Shown: positions 19,144 to 29,810 of the stretch, piece after piece
Layout: the number at the start of each line of letters is the position of its first letter
Numbering within the stretch: the stretch's first letter is position 1
Source of the DNA: Candidatus Latescibacterota bacterium
Lineage (GTDB): Bacteria > Latescibacterota > UBA2968 > UBA8231
Direction of reading: 5' to 3'
Assembly: GCA_965197905.1 (NCBI GenBank)
Contig: CBDAOB010000005.1
Coordinates: 1,248,001 to 1,312,000 of the forward strand
DNA length: 64,000 nt
Notes under the pieces: generated by a model
Databases searched by the model: none
The model's input: the letters and a program-made list of their open reading frames with translations, nothing else
What the model was told of the DNA's origin: nothing
Made by a program: the position numbers and the translations under genes

Positions 19144-20890
19144 AAAGCTACTGCCTTTCTGGTGGCGAGGAAGACCGGGCTATAGTCTGGCGCCCATCAG
19201 ACCGCAAGAGTTCGGTGGTCGACTCGCGAAGACGGCGGCTGCGACCATCCTCATTACGGTCGTCGGCTGTGTTCTGCCTGCGATCAAGGAGGAGATGGAT
19301 TGGAGTTCGTCGGCCCCAGAGGCGTTGCGGGCGCAACTGACGAACCGGAAACAGCAAAAGGCGAATTCCGGCGTTGGCCGCGATCGAATCGCGGACGATG
19401 AGCTTTCCGGGTTCTATCTTCGGCGCTCTGACCGGATGGCCTGGAGCGGACCACGTGGCCCCCTCGCGCAGGCGGACGAACTGGTGGAAGCGCTTGCCAA
19501 GCTTTCCATTGATGGCCTCAATCCGGAAGAGTACGGATTGAGCACGCTGGCGGCAGCGATGGTTGCTGTACGACATTCGGCAGGAATCTCAATAGAGCGA
19601 CTTCGTCGTCTCGCACAGCTCGATATAGAGCTGACTACGGCTTTCCTGCGGAGCGCCCGACATCTGCTCGCGGGGCGTGTGGCTAGGCGCGACGTGGACG
19701 TTGACTGGCGGGTCAGCTCACCGACCGGCGATCTGGCGGGATTGCTGGAAATGGCATTGGCGACAAATCAGGTAGAATCGTCGCTGTTGGGGCTGCGGCC
19801 ACGGCGGTTGGAGTACGCACGGCTGCAGGATCTACGGCGACGTTACCTGGAACTCGAAGCGGCCGGCGGGTGGCCCAAGGTTCCCGCAACAGTGACTTCG
19901 GGTAGGATGGATAAGAAGATGGCTGCCATTTTCGGCCAGCGACTGTTCTTGTCCGGAGACAAGCCTGAGTATGTCGAGGAGTCGAAAGTCTCCAACGAAC
20001 AGCTGCGGGGGTACCTACGTGGGTTTCAAAAGCGTCACGGTCTCCAGGTTTCGGGGTCGATCGATTCGTCCACCTTCGTGACTCTGAATGTCTCGGTTCA
20101 GCAACGTATCGCCCAACTTGAAGTAAACCTGGAGCGCTGGAGGTGGTTGCCCCACACGCTAGGCAGTCGTTACATCCTGGTGCGCATCGCCGATTTCGCG
20201 TTGGACGTCGTCGAGGACGAGGACGTGGAAATGACGATGCGGGTGATTGTTGGCAAGCCATATACCCGAACCCCGGTCTTTAGCAGTGCCTTAACCCGAT
20301 TGGTGTTCAATCCATACTGGCACATACCGCGCAGCATCGCCGCCAACGAAATCCTGCCACTGGTTGAGCGTGATTCCGACTACCTCGAACGCAACGGTAT
20401 CCACGCTCTGCCCGTGGTCGGTCCGCCTGACAAACAAACCAACCCATTGGAGATCGACCTCGATGCGGTTCGCAAGGGCACGAGCATGCTTGTGCAGAGT
20501 CCGGGATACACAAATCCACTCGGGCGCGTAAAGTTCATGCTCCCCAACCCATATAGCATCTATCTGCACGACACGCCGGCTGCCGAGCTTTTCGATCGAC
20601 GGTCCCGGGATTTTAGTCACGGATGTATACGACTCGAACACAGCACGGATCTCGCTGCCTATCTCTTAAAGGATCACGGAGACTGGCCCCGATCGGAGAT
20701 TGACCGAGTGCTGGCCTCGGGAGAGAACGTGCAGGTGGACCTCGCCAGGAGCGTTCCTGTTTTTCTACTCTACTGGACCGCCTGGGTTGACGATGAAGGG
20801 CGAGCTCAGTTTCGCGAGGATATCTACCAAAGCGATACGGAGCTGAACCGGGCTCTGGTCGAGGCGGGTGTATCGACTTTCCAATTGTAG
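19121..20890 (+). CDS. L,D-transpeptidase (YcbB/LdtD type) with peptidoglycan-binding domain (start uncertain)
   Basis: FQKRHGL..G, NLERWRW, VIVGK, NPYW.IP, NPLG.VKF, IYLHDTP, SHGCIR. Confidence 0.9.
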   Translation: MAAYIQSKKLLPFWWRGRPGYSLAPIRPQEFGGRLAKTAAATILITVVGCVLPAIKEEMDWSSSAPEALRAQLTNRKQQKANSGVGRDRIADDELSGFYLRRSDRMAWSGPRGPLAQADELVEALAKLSIDGLNPEEYGLSTLAAAMVAVRHSAGISIERLRRLAQLDIELTTAFLRSARHLLAGRVARRDVDVDWRVSSPTGDLAGLLEMALATNQVESSLLGLRPRRLEYARLQDLRRRYLELEAAGGWPKVPATVTSGRMDKKMAAIFGQRLFLSGDKPEYVEESKVSNEQLRGYLRGFQKRHGLQVSGSIDSSTFVTLNVSVQQRIAQLEVNLERWRWLPHTLGSRYILVRIADFALDVVEDEDVEMTMRVIVGKPYTRTPVFSSALTRLVFNPYWHIPRSIAANEILPLVERDSDYLERNGIHALPVVGPPDKQTNPLEIDLDAVRKGTSMLVQSPGYTNPLGRVKFMLPNPYSIYLHDTPAAELFDRRSRDFSHGCIRLEHSTDLAAYLLKDHGDWPRSEIDRVLASGENVQVDLARSVPVFLLYWTAWVDDEGRAQFREDIYQSDTELNRALVEAGVSTFQL

Positions 20891-20987
20891 TCCAAAGGTT
20901 CCGAGGGCCCGGCTGGGTGCGATGGTCGAAGCCAAAACCCACGCATATTTGCTTTTTCGGGGTTGGTTTATTTATTAGTCCCGACCT

Positions 20988-21368
20988 ATGACCCCACTTG
21001 TTCTCTCCTTATGGTTCGCTTGGTTGGTTGCGTGCGTGACCGAAGATGCCGCCCAACAAACACCCGAGAACAACACAGAAAACCAAATCGCGCTTGGTGG
21101 CGAGCTATTCGCGAAGAACGGCTGCGCGGTTTGTCACGGCCGAGACGGACGGGGTGACGGTCACGCCGCCAAGAGCCTGAACCCCAGCCCACGCGATTTT
21201 CGTGAACTCTCGGCATATCAACAGGGGGGTACGCAACGGGAAATCGCGGCAACAGTGAAAAACGGTATCGGTCGGCGCAACAGCGCGATGCCGGCCTACC
21301 CGCACTTGAGCGAGGCGGACGCCAACGCCTTGGGGGCGTTCGTGGTTTTTCTTCAGAGACAGCCATAG
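20988..21368 (+). CDS. Monoheme cytochrome c, probable lipoprotein
   Basis: CAVCH heme motif, distal AMP Met, LVAC lipobox-like signal. Confidence 0.85.
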   Translation: MTPLVLSLWFAWLVACVTEDAAQQTPENNTENQIALGGELFAKNGCAVCHGRDGRGDGHAAKSLNPSPRDFRELSAYQQGGTQREIAATVKNGIGRRNSAMPAYPHLSEADANALGAFVVFLQRQP

Positions 21369-21400
21369 CCAATATGCAGAAATAGAAAGGAATCTCAGAG

Positions 21401-23751
21401 ATGTCGAAGACCGTGACAGCGTTATTGTTGTCGATTCTCGTGTTCGCCGGCCGCAGTGCGGCGGGAGAAACCATCGATGGAACCGTGCACGATGCGCGGG
21501 GTGCAGTATTAGCTGGAGCAAATGTGCAAATACGGGGGACCGGTCGCGGTGAGGCCACCGATGCCGACGGCAGGTTTCGCATTGCAGGTTTGGAGGCCAC
21601 CAAAGTGCAAGTGGTGGTCAGCCTGATCGGGTACGGCTCCCAAACCCAATCGGTCGATCTCCGGTCGGGGTCCAAGCGGATTGATTTCGTGCTGACGCTC
21701 GAACCGATAGAGATGAATCCCCTTGTGATCTCCGCGAGCGCTATCGGAGAAGAGGTGAGGACTGCTCCAAACAAAGTGAATATCATCGATCGGCGGGAGA
21801 TCGAGCGTTCAACGGGATATACGATCCAGGATGTACTGCAACACTCGGAAGGTCTCTATGTGTCGCGGTGTCGCGGGGCCAAGGGCTCTTGGTCGACTTC
21901 CAAACTGTCGTTGTTCGTGGCATGACGGCAGGCACCTTTGGCCGCAATTCAGCGGTGCTGACCACCTTGAACGGGCACTCCCTCAACGGCACTCTGGGTT
22001 CCTGGGCGAACATCGGTGATCTCGATGCTTTACCTGCAAGCATTATTCAAAAAACTGAAGTGATCAAGGGACCGTACGCCTCGATCTACGGCTCGGGCGC
22101 GACCGGAGGCGTCATCAATATTACGACCCGCAAACATTTTGATCGTGCCATGGGAGGTGATGTTCAATACAAGGTCGGTCCCTACGGGTTTCGTTCCATT
22201 GCCCCCGCGTTCTTCGGTCAGACGGATCGTTTAACCTATTCCGCCTGGGGTGAGTTCATGCACGGCAGCGAACGGCTCGGGCGCCGGCGGAAGACGTGGA
22301 ATCTCGCCAACGGCTATCTCGACGAGGGCAGAATCGAGCAGTCGAAATACGGGTTCATGATCGGGTACGATTTGAACGCCGCCGACAGGGTTGATCTGTT
22401 GGGCAGTCGACTGGAAAAGTTCAACAACTACGATGGACGGCCGATCAACCGCGAGGAGATCGACAGCGACTTTCTGCATTTGACCTTTACGCGAAAAATC
22501 AACGATACGTATACGCTTACGGTTCTGGGCAACTGGCTGCGCAATACCTACGATCTGGTCGCCGACAACAATCCCGCACATCCCGACTCCGCCGCGTGGA
22601 TAACACGTACGCAACCGTTTCCCAACAGGGAAATCGGGGTCAAAACCGTTGTCAGCGGCAAGCTTGGCCCCCACCATTTCAATACGGGAGTCGAGTGGCG
22701 ACGGAATCGGAGTAGCCGCACGTCCTGGTGGGGCGACCGGGAATTCCTTGAGTTCGACGTTAACGGCACCCAAGAGATCTATTCGCTGTTCGTGGAGGAC
22801 AAGCTGCGCTTCGGCAGGCTCGAGTTGACTCCCGGGTTTCGATTGGAACAGTGGCAAGACAACGCGTTATACTCGGAGCAGGAGACGCCCGACAACGCAC
22901 CCAATTTCCCCGGACCCGCGCCCGCCTACCTCAACGGTCGTGTCCATACAGGTTACGCTTCCGGTACCAGCGAGAAAGAGGCGTTCAGTCCGAAGGTTGG
23001 AATGGCATACCTGCATTCAGACCGTCTCAAGATCAGGGCCTCCGCCGGCAGTACTTTTCGGGCGCCGCGGATAACCGAGACCTACAGTCCCGACTATCAG
23101 ACCCTGGACTTTCTGAAGTTTCGGGCCAACCCGGGTCTCGACGAGGAAACCATCATCTCTTACGAAGCAGGATTCGATTGGTCCACTTTGAACCAGCGCC
23201 TCGATCTGTCGGCTACGGCGTTCCGCATCGATGCAAGAGATCGTATCGAGTTTACCTTGACTGGGAGTTTTACGGCCGAGGATCCGTTCGTGATCGTACA
23301 CCGAAATCTCGATACGGAAATCATCGGAATTGAAGGAGAGGTGGGATTCGCCGTCGGACAGAATCTCGCCGTCGGTGCGAATTTTTCGTTTGTAGATGCC
23401 GAGTACACCAGCGGCTCGTCCGCCTTTAAGAACGAACCAACGCCTTACGTTCCGGATCATACATTAAACGTCAATGTTGATTACGCTCTGATCCACGGAT
23501 TGGATCTACGCCTGTCGGTGCAACGCATAGGTGAGATAACAGACGGCCTTTTCCCCGGAGGTATCGACGGCTACGAGATCTTCAATCTCAAGGCGCGCTA
23601 CGAAATCGCCGGAGCCGGCAGAGATCGATATTTCATCGATGCCGGCCTTACCAACCTGTTGGATGAGGACTATCAGGTACCTAGCAACGGAGTGTGGGAT
23701 TACAGGCCGCTGGGCCGAGGGTTGCACCTGACCGCAGGATACGGGTTCTAG
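21401..23751 (+). pseudogene. TonB-dependent receptor (carboxypeptidase-like N-domain, plug, barrel), frameshifted by an 8-bp tandem duplication
   Basis: Signal peptide; EVIKGP.S.YGSGA.GGVINI.T plug; FRAP, ANP.L..E, NLLDE.Y; C-terminal F. GTGTCGCG occurs twice at 21860-21875. Confidence 0.88.
21860..21875. repeat. 8-bp tandem duplication (GTGTCGCG)x2
   Basis: Directly visible; removing one copy restores a 780-aa ORF. Confidence 0.9.
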
Positions 23752-23815
23752 CCGCCAGCTAATCCCGACGTGCCGCGCGTCTGCTACGGTTGATCAACAT
23801 CTATGCCGTTCACTG

Positions 23816-23862
23816 GGGCTGCATCACACCTTTCGCCGGTTGGTGCAGCCCTCCGTTTTTTT
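23816..23862 (+). terminator. Putative intrinsic terminator/attenuator between the TonB receptor and the ABC binding protein
   Basis: GGGCTGCATCA...TGGTGCAGCCC stem followed by TCCGTTTTTTT. Confidence 0.55.
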
Positions 23863-23878
23863 CCCATGCCAAAGAGAT

Positions 23879-25576
23879 ATGCCGATGGTGATCATAGTCA
23901 CGATTATGGTTGTAACGCTGGTGGGATATTCCGTCTCTTCAGCAGCGGTAGTACTGCGGGTCGGGACTACCACCGAGATGGCACCCCTCTCCCCTGTGGA
24001 CACGAACGGCCTATGGTACAGCACCGGTTACATGGGTTTTTTGTTCATGCCCCTCATCACCTATCGAGGTCCCGACGCTCGTTTTGGCCCCTGCCTGGCC
24101 CAGTCATGGGAGGTAGCCGCCGACAACCATTCGATTCAGTTCCGCCTGCATTCCGGAGCGCGGTGGCACGATGGCCCTCCGGTTACTGCTGAGGACGTTG
24201 CTTTTACGCTGGACTACGTCAAGGAGCATGAGCTCATCGGTCAGCTCTGGCGCTTTCTGGATCATTCGGAAGTAATAGATACACTCACGGTTGCCGTACA
24301 CTTCACTGAACCAGTGGCATTCTATCAATCCATGTTCTTTCCGTGGCCGAAGATCCTGCCAAAACACATCTGGAACGATATATCAGAGCCGGATCTGTTC
24401 CAAGGAACGCAAGCCATGATCGGAAGTGGCCCGTTCGAGTTTGATCGATACGATGCCTACGCGCGGGTGGCGTCACTGCGAAGAGTGCCTGAATTTTTCG
24501 GTGGTGATACGGCGGTTGAGCAGATAGATATACGGTACTACGGCTCCAATGAGGCTCTCGTGCTCGCTCTTAGACTGGGGGATATCGACGTTGTGGTGGG
24601 AGCTACCAGCCACATTCCCAACGCGTACGTGGCGGCTGTCGAAGGGGAGGCGGCTATTGGGCTCGTCGAGATCGAGGACTCGGGTGTACCGCTGACTTTG
24701 GTATTTCACGCGACGAGACATCCCACCCGCCTCCCACTATTCCGCCAGGCCGTCGCTGCAGCGATCGATTACGGAGCATTTATTCCGACCGTCATGCGCG
24801 GTCGCGGTCGTATTCCCGAGCGTGGATTCGTGCCTCCGGCCGCCTGGACCTACGGCGGGCCCTTTCCCCTCCATGTCCACGACCCAGAGCGTGCTGTGGC
24901 TTTGCTCGATTCCATCGGATTCAAGGATGTGGACGGCGACGGTCTGCGGGAGGACGAAAATGGGGACGACTTCACACTGGCGCTGATTCCCGAAACATGG
25001 CAATCTCACGGAGAGGAATTGCGCGCTACGGAGCTACTTGTGTACCAGCTCAAGTCCGTGGGCATTCCAGCCCAACTGACCAAGTATCTGGTGGAAGAGG
25101 AGTACGAGATTCTCTGGGAACGACGGGACTACCAGGCATATGTGGGACATGCGACCCATGCCAGCGTGCGAGATGGTGGGCATGTGTATTTTGCCAACTA
25201 TCAGGATTACTCCTATGGCACTTTTGAAGATTCGGTCTATTTCGAGATTCTGGATCGCATCACCCACGCTCAGAACGCGGATGAATATCTGCTAGCCGTC
25301 AGACAAGCCCAGGCATTCAACAGCAGCGAGTTGCCCGGATTGCCTTTGACGTGGGGTTCGAAAATATTCGCTTTTCGAAAAGACAGGTTCAGCGGTTGGC
25401 AGGGGATGAGCGGGTACGGATTTCCCAACTACGATTCATGGTTTTCGTTACAACCTCGACCCGCGGCGGCTGCCAAACCTACCGACTCGATGTCTGCGGG
25501 GTTCTGGACGAAATTCGGCCTTGCCGTCCTGTTTCTGGCCGCAGCGTCCTGGATTTGGAAACGTCGCAGGCTCTAA
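23879..25576 (+). CDS. ABC transporter substrate-binding protein, family 5 (peptide/nickel), with C-terminal TM anchor
   Basis: LA.SW, WHDG.PVTAEDVAFT, ILPKHIW, IGSGPF; ends in a hydrophobic helix plus KRRR. Confidence 0.88.
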   Translation: MPMVIIVTIMVVTLVGYSVSSAAVVLRVGTTTEMAPLSPVDTNGLWYSTGYMGFLFMPLITYRGPDARFGPCLAQSWEVAADNHSIQFRLHSGARWHDGPPVTAEDVAFTLDYVKEHELIGQLWRFLDHSEVIDTLTVAVHFTEPVAFYQSMFFPWPKILPKHIWNDISEPDLFQGTQAMIGSGPFEFDRYDAYARVASLRRVPEFFGGDTAVEQIDIRYYGSNEALVLALRLGDIDVVVGATSHIPNAYVAAVEGEAAIGLVEIEDSGVPLTLVFHATRHPTRLPLFRQAVAAAIDYGAFIPTVMRGRGRIPERGFVPPAAWTYGGPFPLHVHDPERAVALLDSIGFKDVDGDGLREDENGDDFTLALIPETWQSHGEELRATELLVYQLKSVGIPAQLTKYLVEEEYEILWERRDYQAYVGHATHASVRDGGHVYFANYQDYSYGTFEDSVYFEILDRITHAQNADEYLLAVRQAQAFNSSELPGLPLTWGSKIFAFRKDRFSGWQGMSGYGFPNYDSWFSLQPRPAAAAKPTDSMSAGFWTKFGLAVLFLAAASWIWKRRRL

Positions 25577-25600
25577 CCCCGATCAACGCCAAGGTCTTTT

Positions 25601-26551
25601 TTGAGCGATCACGTCTTCAAGAAGAGCGCCCGGTATTCCTTGAGCCTGCTGGTTGTGCTCCTACTGAATTTCGCCTTACCCCGTGCGATGCCTGGAGATC
25701 CGGTAATGCACCTCATGGGCGCGGAGGATTATTACCGGTTTCCCGAGATGGCAGAGCAGGTTCGGGCGAAGCACGGCTTGGATCGACCCCTGGTTGAACA
25801 GGCCTGGACCTATTTCGCCGGTATCCTGCGAGGTGATCTGGGCGTGTCATTCCGCTATCGAAGCAATGTCGGCGAGCTTCTGCTGCGCGGCATAAAGTGG
25901 ACGGCGTGTTTGGTGTTGCCGTCCCTCGCAGTGGGATCGCTGCTGGCAGCCTTACTCGGGGGTGTCGCTGGTTGGTGTCAGGGACGACCGTGGGAGCGGC
26001 TGCTAACCATGAGTATCATGCTATTCAGATCGGTTCCCGAATACGGAATCGCTATGATTGCCTTGCTCCTCCTGGCCTATCACCTTGCCCTGTTCCCCCT
26101 CGCCGGCATAGCCCAGATCGGCGGCCTGGAGATCCTGCGCCACGCTCTGCTGCCCTGGATCATCCTCAGTCTCCTCTATACCGGTCAGTATTACCTGGTG
26201 CTGCGGAACGCCATCGCCGCTACACGAGCAAAACCTTTCATCGTTAGCGCTCGAGCCCGTGGACTTACCAGCTGGGTGGTCCTGAGGCGCCACGCTTTTC
26301 GCGAAGCTCTGTTGCCATTCCTGTCCCTATTGGGTTTGGGACTCGGTTTCTCCGTGTCCGGGGTGTTGCTGGTGGAGATCGTATTTTCTTGGCCCGGAAT
26401 GGGAACCTTGATTCTGAGCGCCGTCAACAGCCGCGACTATCCTCTCCTGCAGGGTTGCTTTCTGCTATTGACTATCAGTGTCCTTTTGGTCAACTACCTC
26501 ACTGATCTCGCGTACGGATTTTGCGATCCGAGATTGAGGATCGGCTCTTGA
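25601..26551 (+). CDS. ABC permease (DppB/OppB-like)
   Basis: PGDP, GLDRP, GDLGVS, ARARGL, VEIVFSWPGMG, RDYPLLQG. Confidence 0.92.
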   Translation: MSDHVFKKSARYSLSLLVVLLLNFALPRAMPGDPVMHLMGAEDYYRFPEMAEQVRAKHGLDRPLVEQAWTYFAGILRGDLGVSFRYRSNVGELLLRGIKWTACLVLPSLAVGSLLAALLGGVAGWCQGRPWERLLTMSIMLFRSVPEYGIAMIALLLLAYHLALFPLAGIAQIGGLEILRHALLPWIILSLLYTGQYYLVLRNAIAATRAKPFIVSARARGLTSWVVLRRHAFREALLPFLSLLGLGLGFSVSGVLLVEIVFSWPGMGTLILSAVNSRDYPLLQGCFLLLTISVLLVNYLTDLAYGFCDPRLRIGS

Positions 26552-27354
26552 ACAGCTTCGTCGCTCGCCCCGAGTGTCTGATTGGCTGCGGATTCCTGAT
26601 GGCGCTTGCAGCGGCGGGCGCGCTGGCAGGCTTTCTGGCCCCTTACGATCCGTGGGCGGCTAGCGGACCTCCGTTTGCATCTCCCAACTGGCCGCATCTG
26701 CTGGGTACGAATGATCTCGGCCAGGATCTCCTGAGCGAGGTAATCTTCGGCATTCGACTTTCTCTATCGGTGGGTTTGATTGGCGCCGCTGTGGCGACCT
26801 TCATTGGGGCGCTTGTCGGGCTAGCGGCGGGGTATTATCGGGGTTGGATCGACGAGGCATTGATGGGGTTGACCGACACGATCATGTTGATTCCGGCACT
26901 CCCGTTGATCATCCTGCTGGTTGCCTATTCCGGACCCAGCTTCTGGTGGTTTGTCGCGGTTATAGGTTTGGTTTGGTGGACCGGCACGGCGCGGGCCGTA
27001 CGCGCCCGAGTGTTGCAGGTGCGGGAAATGCCTTTCGTCGAAGCCTCGACCGCGTTGGGAGCCCGCAGATGGCGCACCATGCTGGTTCACGTCTTGCCGA
27101 ACGTTGGCCCAGTTTTGCTGGCACGTTTCACCATGGCTGTGCCTGAAGCGATTCTCACAGAGGCCGGCCTTAGCTTTCTGGGACTCGGAGACCCGTCGGT
27201 AAAGAGCCTGGGATTAACCTTGAATCACGCTTTTACAAACGGGGGATTGATCAACGGACAATGGTGGTGGTACCTGTTTCCGATCATGGCCATATCCACG
27301 ATAGTGTTGAGCGTATCTCTGCTTGGAGTCGGTTCCCAATCAAATCCCAAATAG
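26548..27354 (+). CDS. ABC permease (DppC/OppC-like)
   Basis: HLLGTNDLGQD, FVEA..LGA, HVLPN, EAGLSFLGLG. Confidence 0.92.
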   Translation: MNSFVARPECLIGCGFLMALAAAGALAGFLAPYDPWAASGPPFASPNWPHLLGTNDLGQDLLSEVIFGIRLSLSVGLIGAAVATFIGALVGLAAGYYRGWIDEALMGLTDTIMLIPALPLIILLVAYSGPSFWWFVAVIGLVWWTGTARAVRARVLQVREMPFVEASTALGARRWRTMLVHVLPNVGPVLLARFTMAVPEAILTEAGLSFLGLGDPSVKSLGLTLNHAFTNGGLINGQWWWYLFPIMAISTIVLSVSLLGVGSQSNPK

Positions 27355-27370
27355 TGCCGAAGGCAGCGCA

Positions 27371-28591
27371 CTATCCCAACAGCTTCGATTTTCGCGTGAC
27401 TCTGTTCCAGTTTTTCTTCTCTCGCCGACGCTGCAGCAGATACTTCACTCGTGGAAAGCGCGGCGCAGGGGGCTCGAACTGGAGCCGGATCCACTCCACC
27501 GGAGGCACCGCAATACGAATCAGGTAGAGCAGTTTTTTCGTAATCGGGGCGCCGCCGAAGAGATAATAGCGAGCCGCATCGAACGGTCGGATAAACGACT
27601 TCAAGTCGAAGAACTCCCGTTTCCGCCAAATCCGTTGGAATAGCCATGACCGGGAGCGGGTAGGGGCCAACGGTTCCAGCTCCGACAAGGTGCGCTCGGG
27701 ATAGATCAATTGTGTTATCCAGAGCATCGAGTGATAGAAGGAATCTTGTAGCCGTCGTGACTTGGCTTTACCGCAAAGCAGGTCCCAGTCCATGCGCGGC
27801 CCCCATTGTCGATAGAAGGCGTTGATATCATAGTACCAGAGCATACGGCCGAATCCGTGCAGATTGGCGTGAGTGGCGAGATACAGTAGCATCTCCTCCG
27901 GACAGAGACTGCAAATCGTGCGGCCCCGTACGGTCCACTCGTGCGATTCGTCCCACGAGGACTCGCGCCCGTCTGGCACTCCGTAGTTATACAACCGGAA
28001 ATGAATCTCGACGGGAGTAAGATCGTCTCTGGTGAATCGCAACTGCTCCATGTACTGGGAATACTCGACCATTCCTGCCGGCGTCAGATCTTTGGGGACC
28101 GGCGTATCCTGATGAAACCCGGCCTTCTCGAGAATCTCTCGACACGCCAGATGGTCCGCCTCGCGTATCAGCAGATCGAGATCGTAGGAGGCGCGCGGGG
28201 CTCCAGGCGGATGCAGACTCTGCAGAATCGGTCCTTTCAACGCCATGGTCTCGATGTAGTCCGAATTCAACAGATCTTGGCAGTGTAGAAGGGTATCGAC
28301 CTGCTGGCCTTGGAGACGTTTCATTTCGGCGGCCCCATCTTGCAACGTCGACCGCGACGAGGGCGGGATTTGGTCCAGCAGGGAACAGGCGGAGAGATGG
28401 TGATGCAGCAGAGCCAACATCCGGTGGTAGTCGGCTTTGCTCAGGATGCGATTCCAGTCGGGCTGGTCCGTAACCAAACGGGCAAATCGCTGTGCCCATT
28501 CTTCCTCCAGTTTTTCTCGGCACGCAAGGACGAGGATGAGATCCTCCGGCGTGAGCCGATGATGCGTCTTATTAGTTTGATGTGAATCCAT
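27371..28591 (-). CDS. Nucleotidyltransferase family protein (NTP_transf_5-like)
   Basis: LKG....R...DLDLLI, VEIH.RL, H...HGF.R..WYYD; start at 28591 inferred. Confidence 0.8.
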   Translation of the reverse strand: MDSHQTNKTHHRLTPEDLILVLACREKLEEEWAQRFARLVTDQPDWNRILSKADYHRMLALLHHHLSACSLLDQIPPSSRSTLQDGAAEMKRLQGQQVDTLLHCQDLLNSDYIETMALKGPILQSLHPPGAPRASYDLDLLIREADHLACREILEKAGFHQDTPVPKDLTPAGMVEYSQYMEQLRFTRDDLTPVEIHFRLYNYGVPDGRESSWDESHEWTVRGRTICSLCPEEMLLYLATHANLHGFGRMLWYYDINAFYRQWGPRMDWDLLCGKAKSRRLQDSFYHSMLWITQLIYPERTLSELEPLAPTRSRSWLFQRIWRKREFFDLKSFIRPFDAARYYLFGGAPITKKLLYLIRIAVPPVEWIRLQFEPPAPRFPRVKYLLQRRREKKNWNRVTRKSKLLG

Positions 28592-29810
28592 GGGTGATGC
28601 TAATCGGACCGCAATGCTTGTGGCCAGCCAGGCCTTCTTCAATGGCGTCCTGGCCGTCGAGGTCATACTTCTAGGCCGTTGGTTTGATAGCACCCTTTTG
28701 GGGTTCTATTTCTTCAGCCTTTCTTTGGGCAGCATCCTCGAGGTGTTCGTTCATTGGGGCGCCCAGCACTATGTGAATCGAGAGGCTGCGTCAGACCTCA
28801 CTGCCAAGCAGCACCTTCCACTCTTCTTGAGATTTTCGTGCGCCGCCCAGATACTCATCGCGGCGGTCCTGATGACGAACTTCGGTTGGCCTCAGGCACT
28901 GATCGCTGCGGGGTTGATGATGCGCTCGGGTGCCTTCCTCGTCGGAGCCATTTTCGTCGGTCGGCGCCGGGTTGTGATCCCGATTCTGGGCCGGGTATCT
29001 TCGCAGCTTTTGCTCCTTCTATGTCTGCTGACGATCGTGCGGAGCGGTCCCTCTCTGGAATCCCTTTCCTTGGTCGAAGCCGGCGTAGGATTTCTGCACC
29101 TGCTGGCAATGTTGCTGTTGTTACCGAAAATCGGGTACACGATTCGCGAAGGCGACACTTGGGGCGCCATGGTCAGCAAGGGAGGCATGTTGGCCAGGGC
29201 GGTCTGGCCTTTCACTCTTCTGTTCTTCCTCGGCCAGCTGATCTATCGAGGCGATGCCGTCTTGCTGGCATATCTCGTCGAGATCGACTCCGTGGCCAAA
29301 TTGATGCTGGCGTTCAAGTGGATCGAAGGCATGTTCTTCGTTGCCGCCGTCGTCTCCAGCGCCACCATACCGTTGTTGGTCGAATCGGCCTCTGCTCGGA
29401 TCCGGGAACTGGTTCTCAAGATCGGCCTTATGCTGTGCGCGGGGTTATCGCTTTTGGCTCTTGGTATGCTGTGGATCGGCATTCCCTTCCTGGAGTACGC
29501 GTTAGGACAGACGTTCTTCCACTCGCGTCCGTTCTTTCGCCTATTGGTTTGGTGCATCCCACTCCAAGGATTGGGGTTTTTCTTTGCCACAACCTTGGTT
29601 GCTTTGAATCGAGAGCGACCGCTCTTAGTGCTAAGCGGAATAACGATCTTGATCGGGTTTGTGTCGAAATGCCTCGCAACTTGGCTCTGGGACATCTGGG
29701 GATTCGCCTTCGCGATTCTCGGCCACCTCGCCCTCTATCTGGCTGGCACCGGAATGCTTCTTTTCCGTGAGCGCGGGAAAGATAGGGTTGCAGCAACAGT
29801 GAGGCAATGA
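28590..29810 (+). CDS. Polysaccharide/oligosaccharide flippase (Wzx/MOP-like)
   Basis: About 12 TM segments; G..YV.RE, IYRGD.VLL, AFKWIE pattern. Confidence 0.65.
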   Translation: MGDANRTAMLVASQAFFNGVLAVEVILLGRWFDSTLLGFYFFSLSLGSILEVFVHWGAQHYVNREAASDLTAKQHLPLFLRFSCAAQILIAAVLMTNFGWPQALIAAGLMMRSGAFLVGAIFVGRRRVVIPILGRVSSQLLLLLCLLTIVRSGPSLESLSLVEAGVGFLHLLAMLLLLPKIGYTIREGDTWGAMVSKGGMLARAVWPFTLLFFLGQLIYRGDAVLLAYLVEIDSVAKLMLAFKWIEGMFFVAAVVSSATIPLLVESASARIRELVLKIGLMLCAGLSLLALGMLWIGIPFLEYALGQTFFHSRPFFRLLVWCIPLQGLGFFFATTLVALNRERPLLVLSGITILIGFVSKCLATWLWDIWGFAFAILGHLALYLAGTGMLLFRERGKDRVAATVRQ

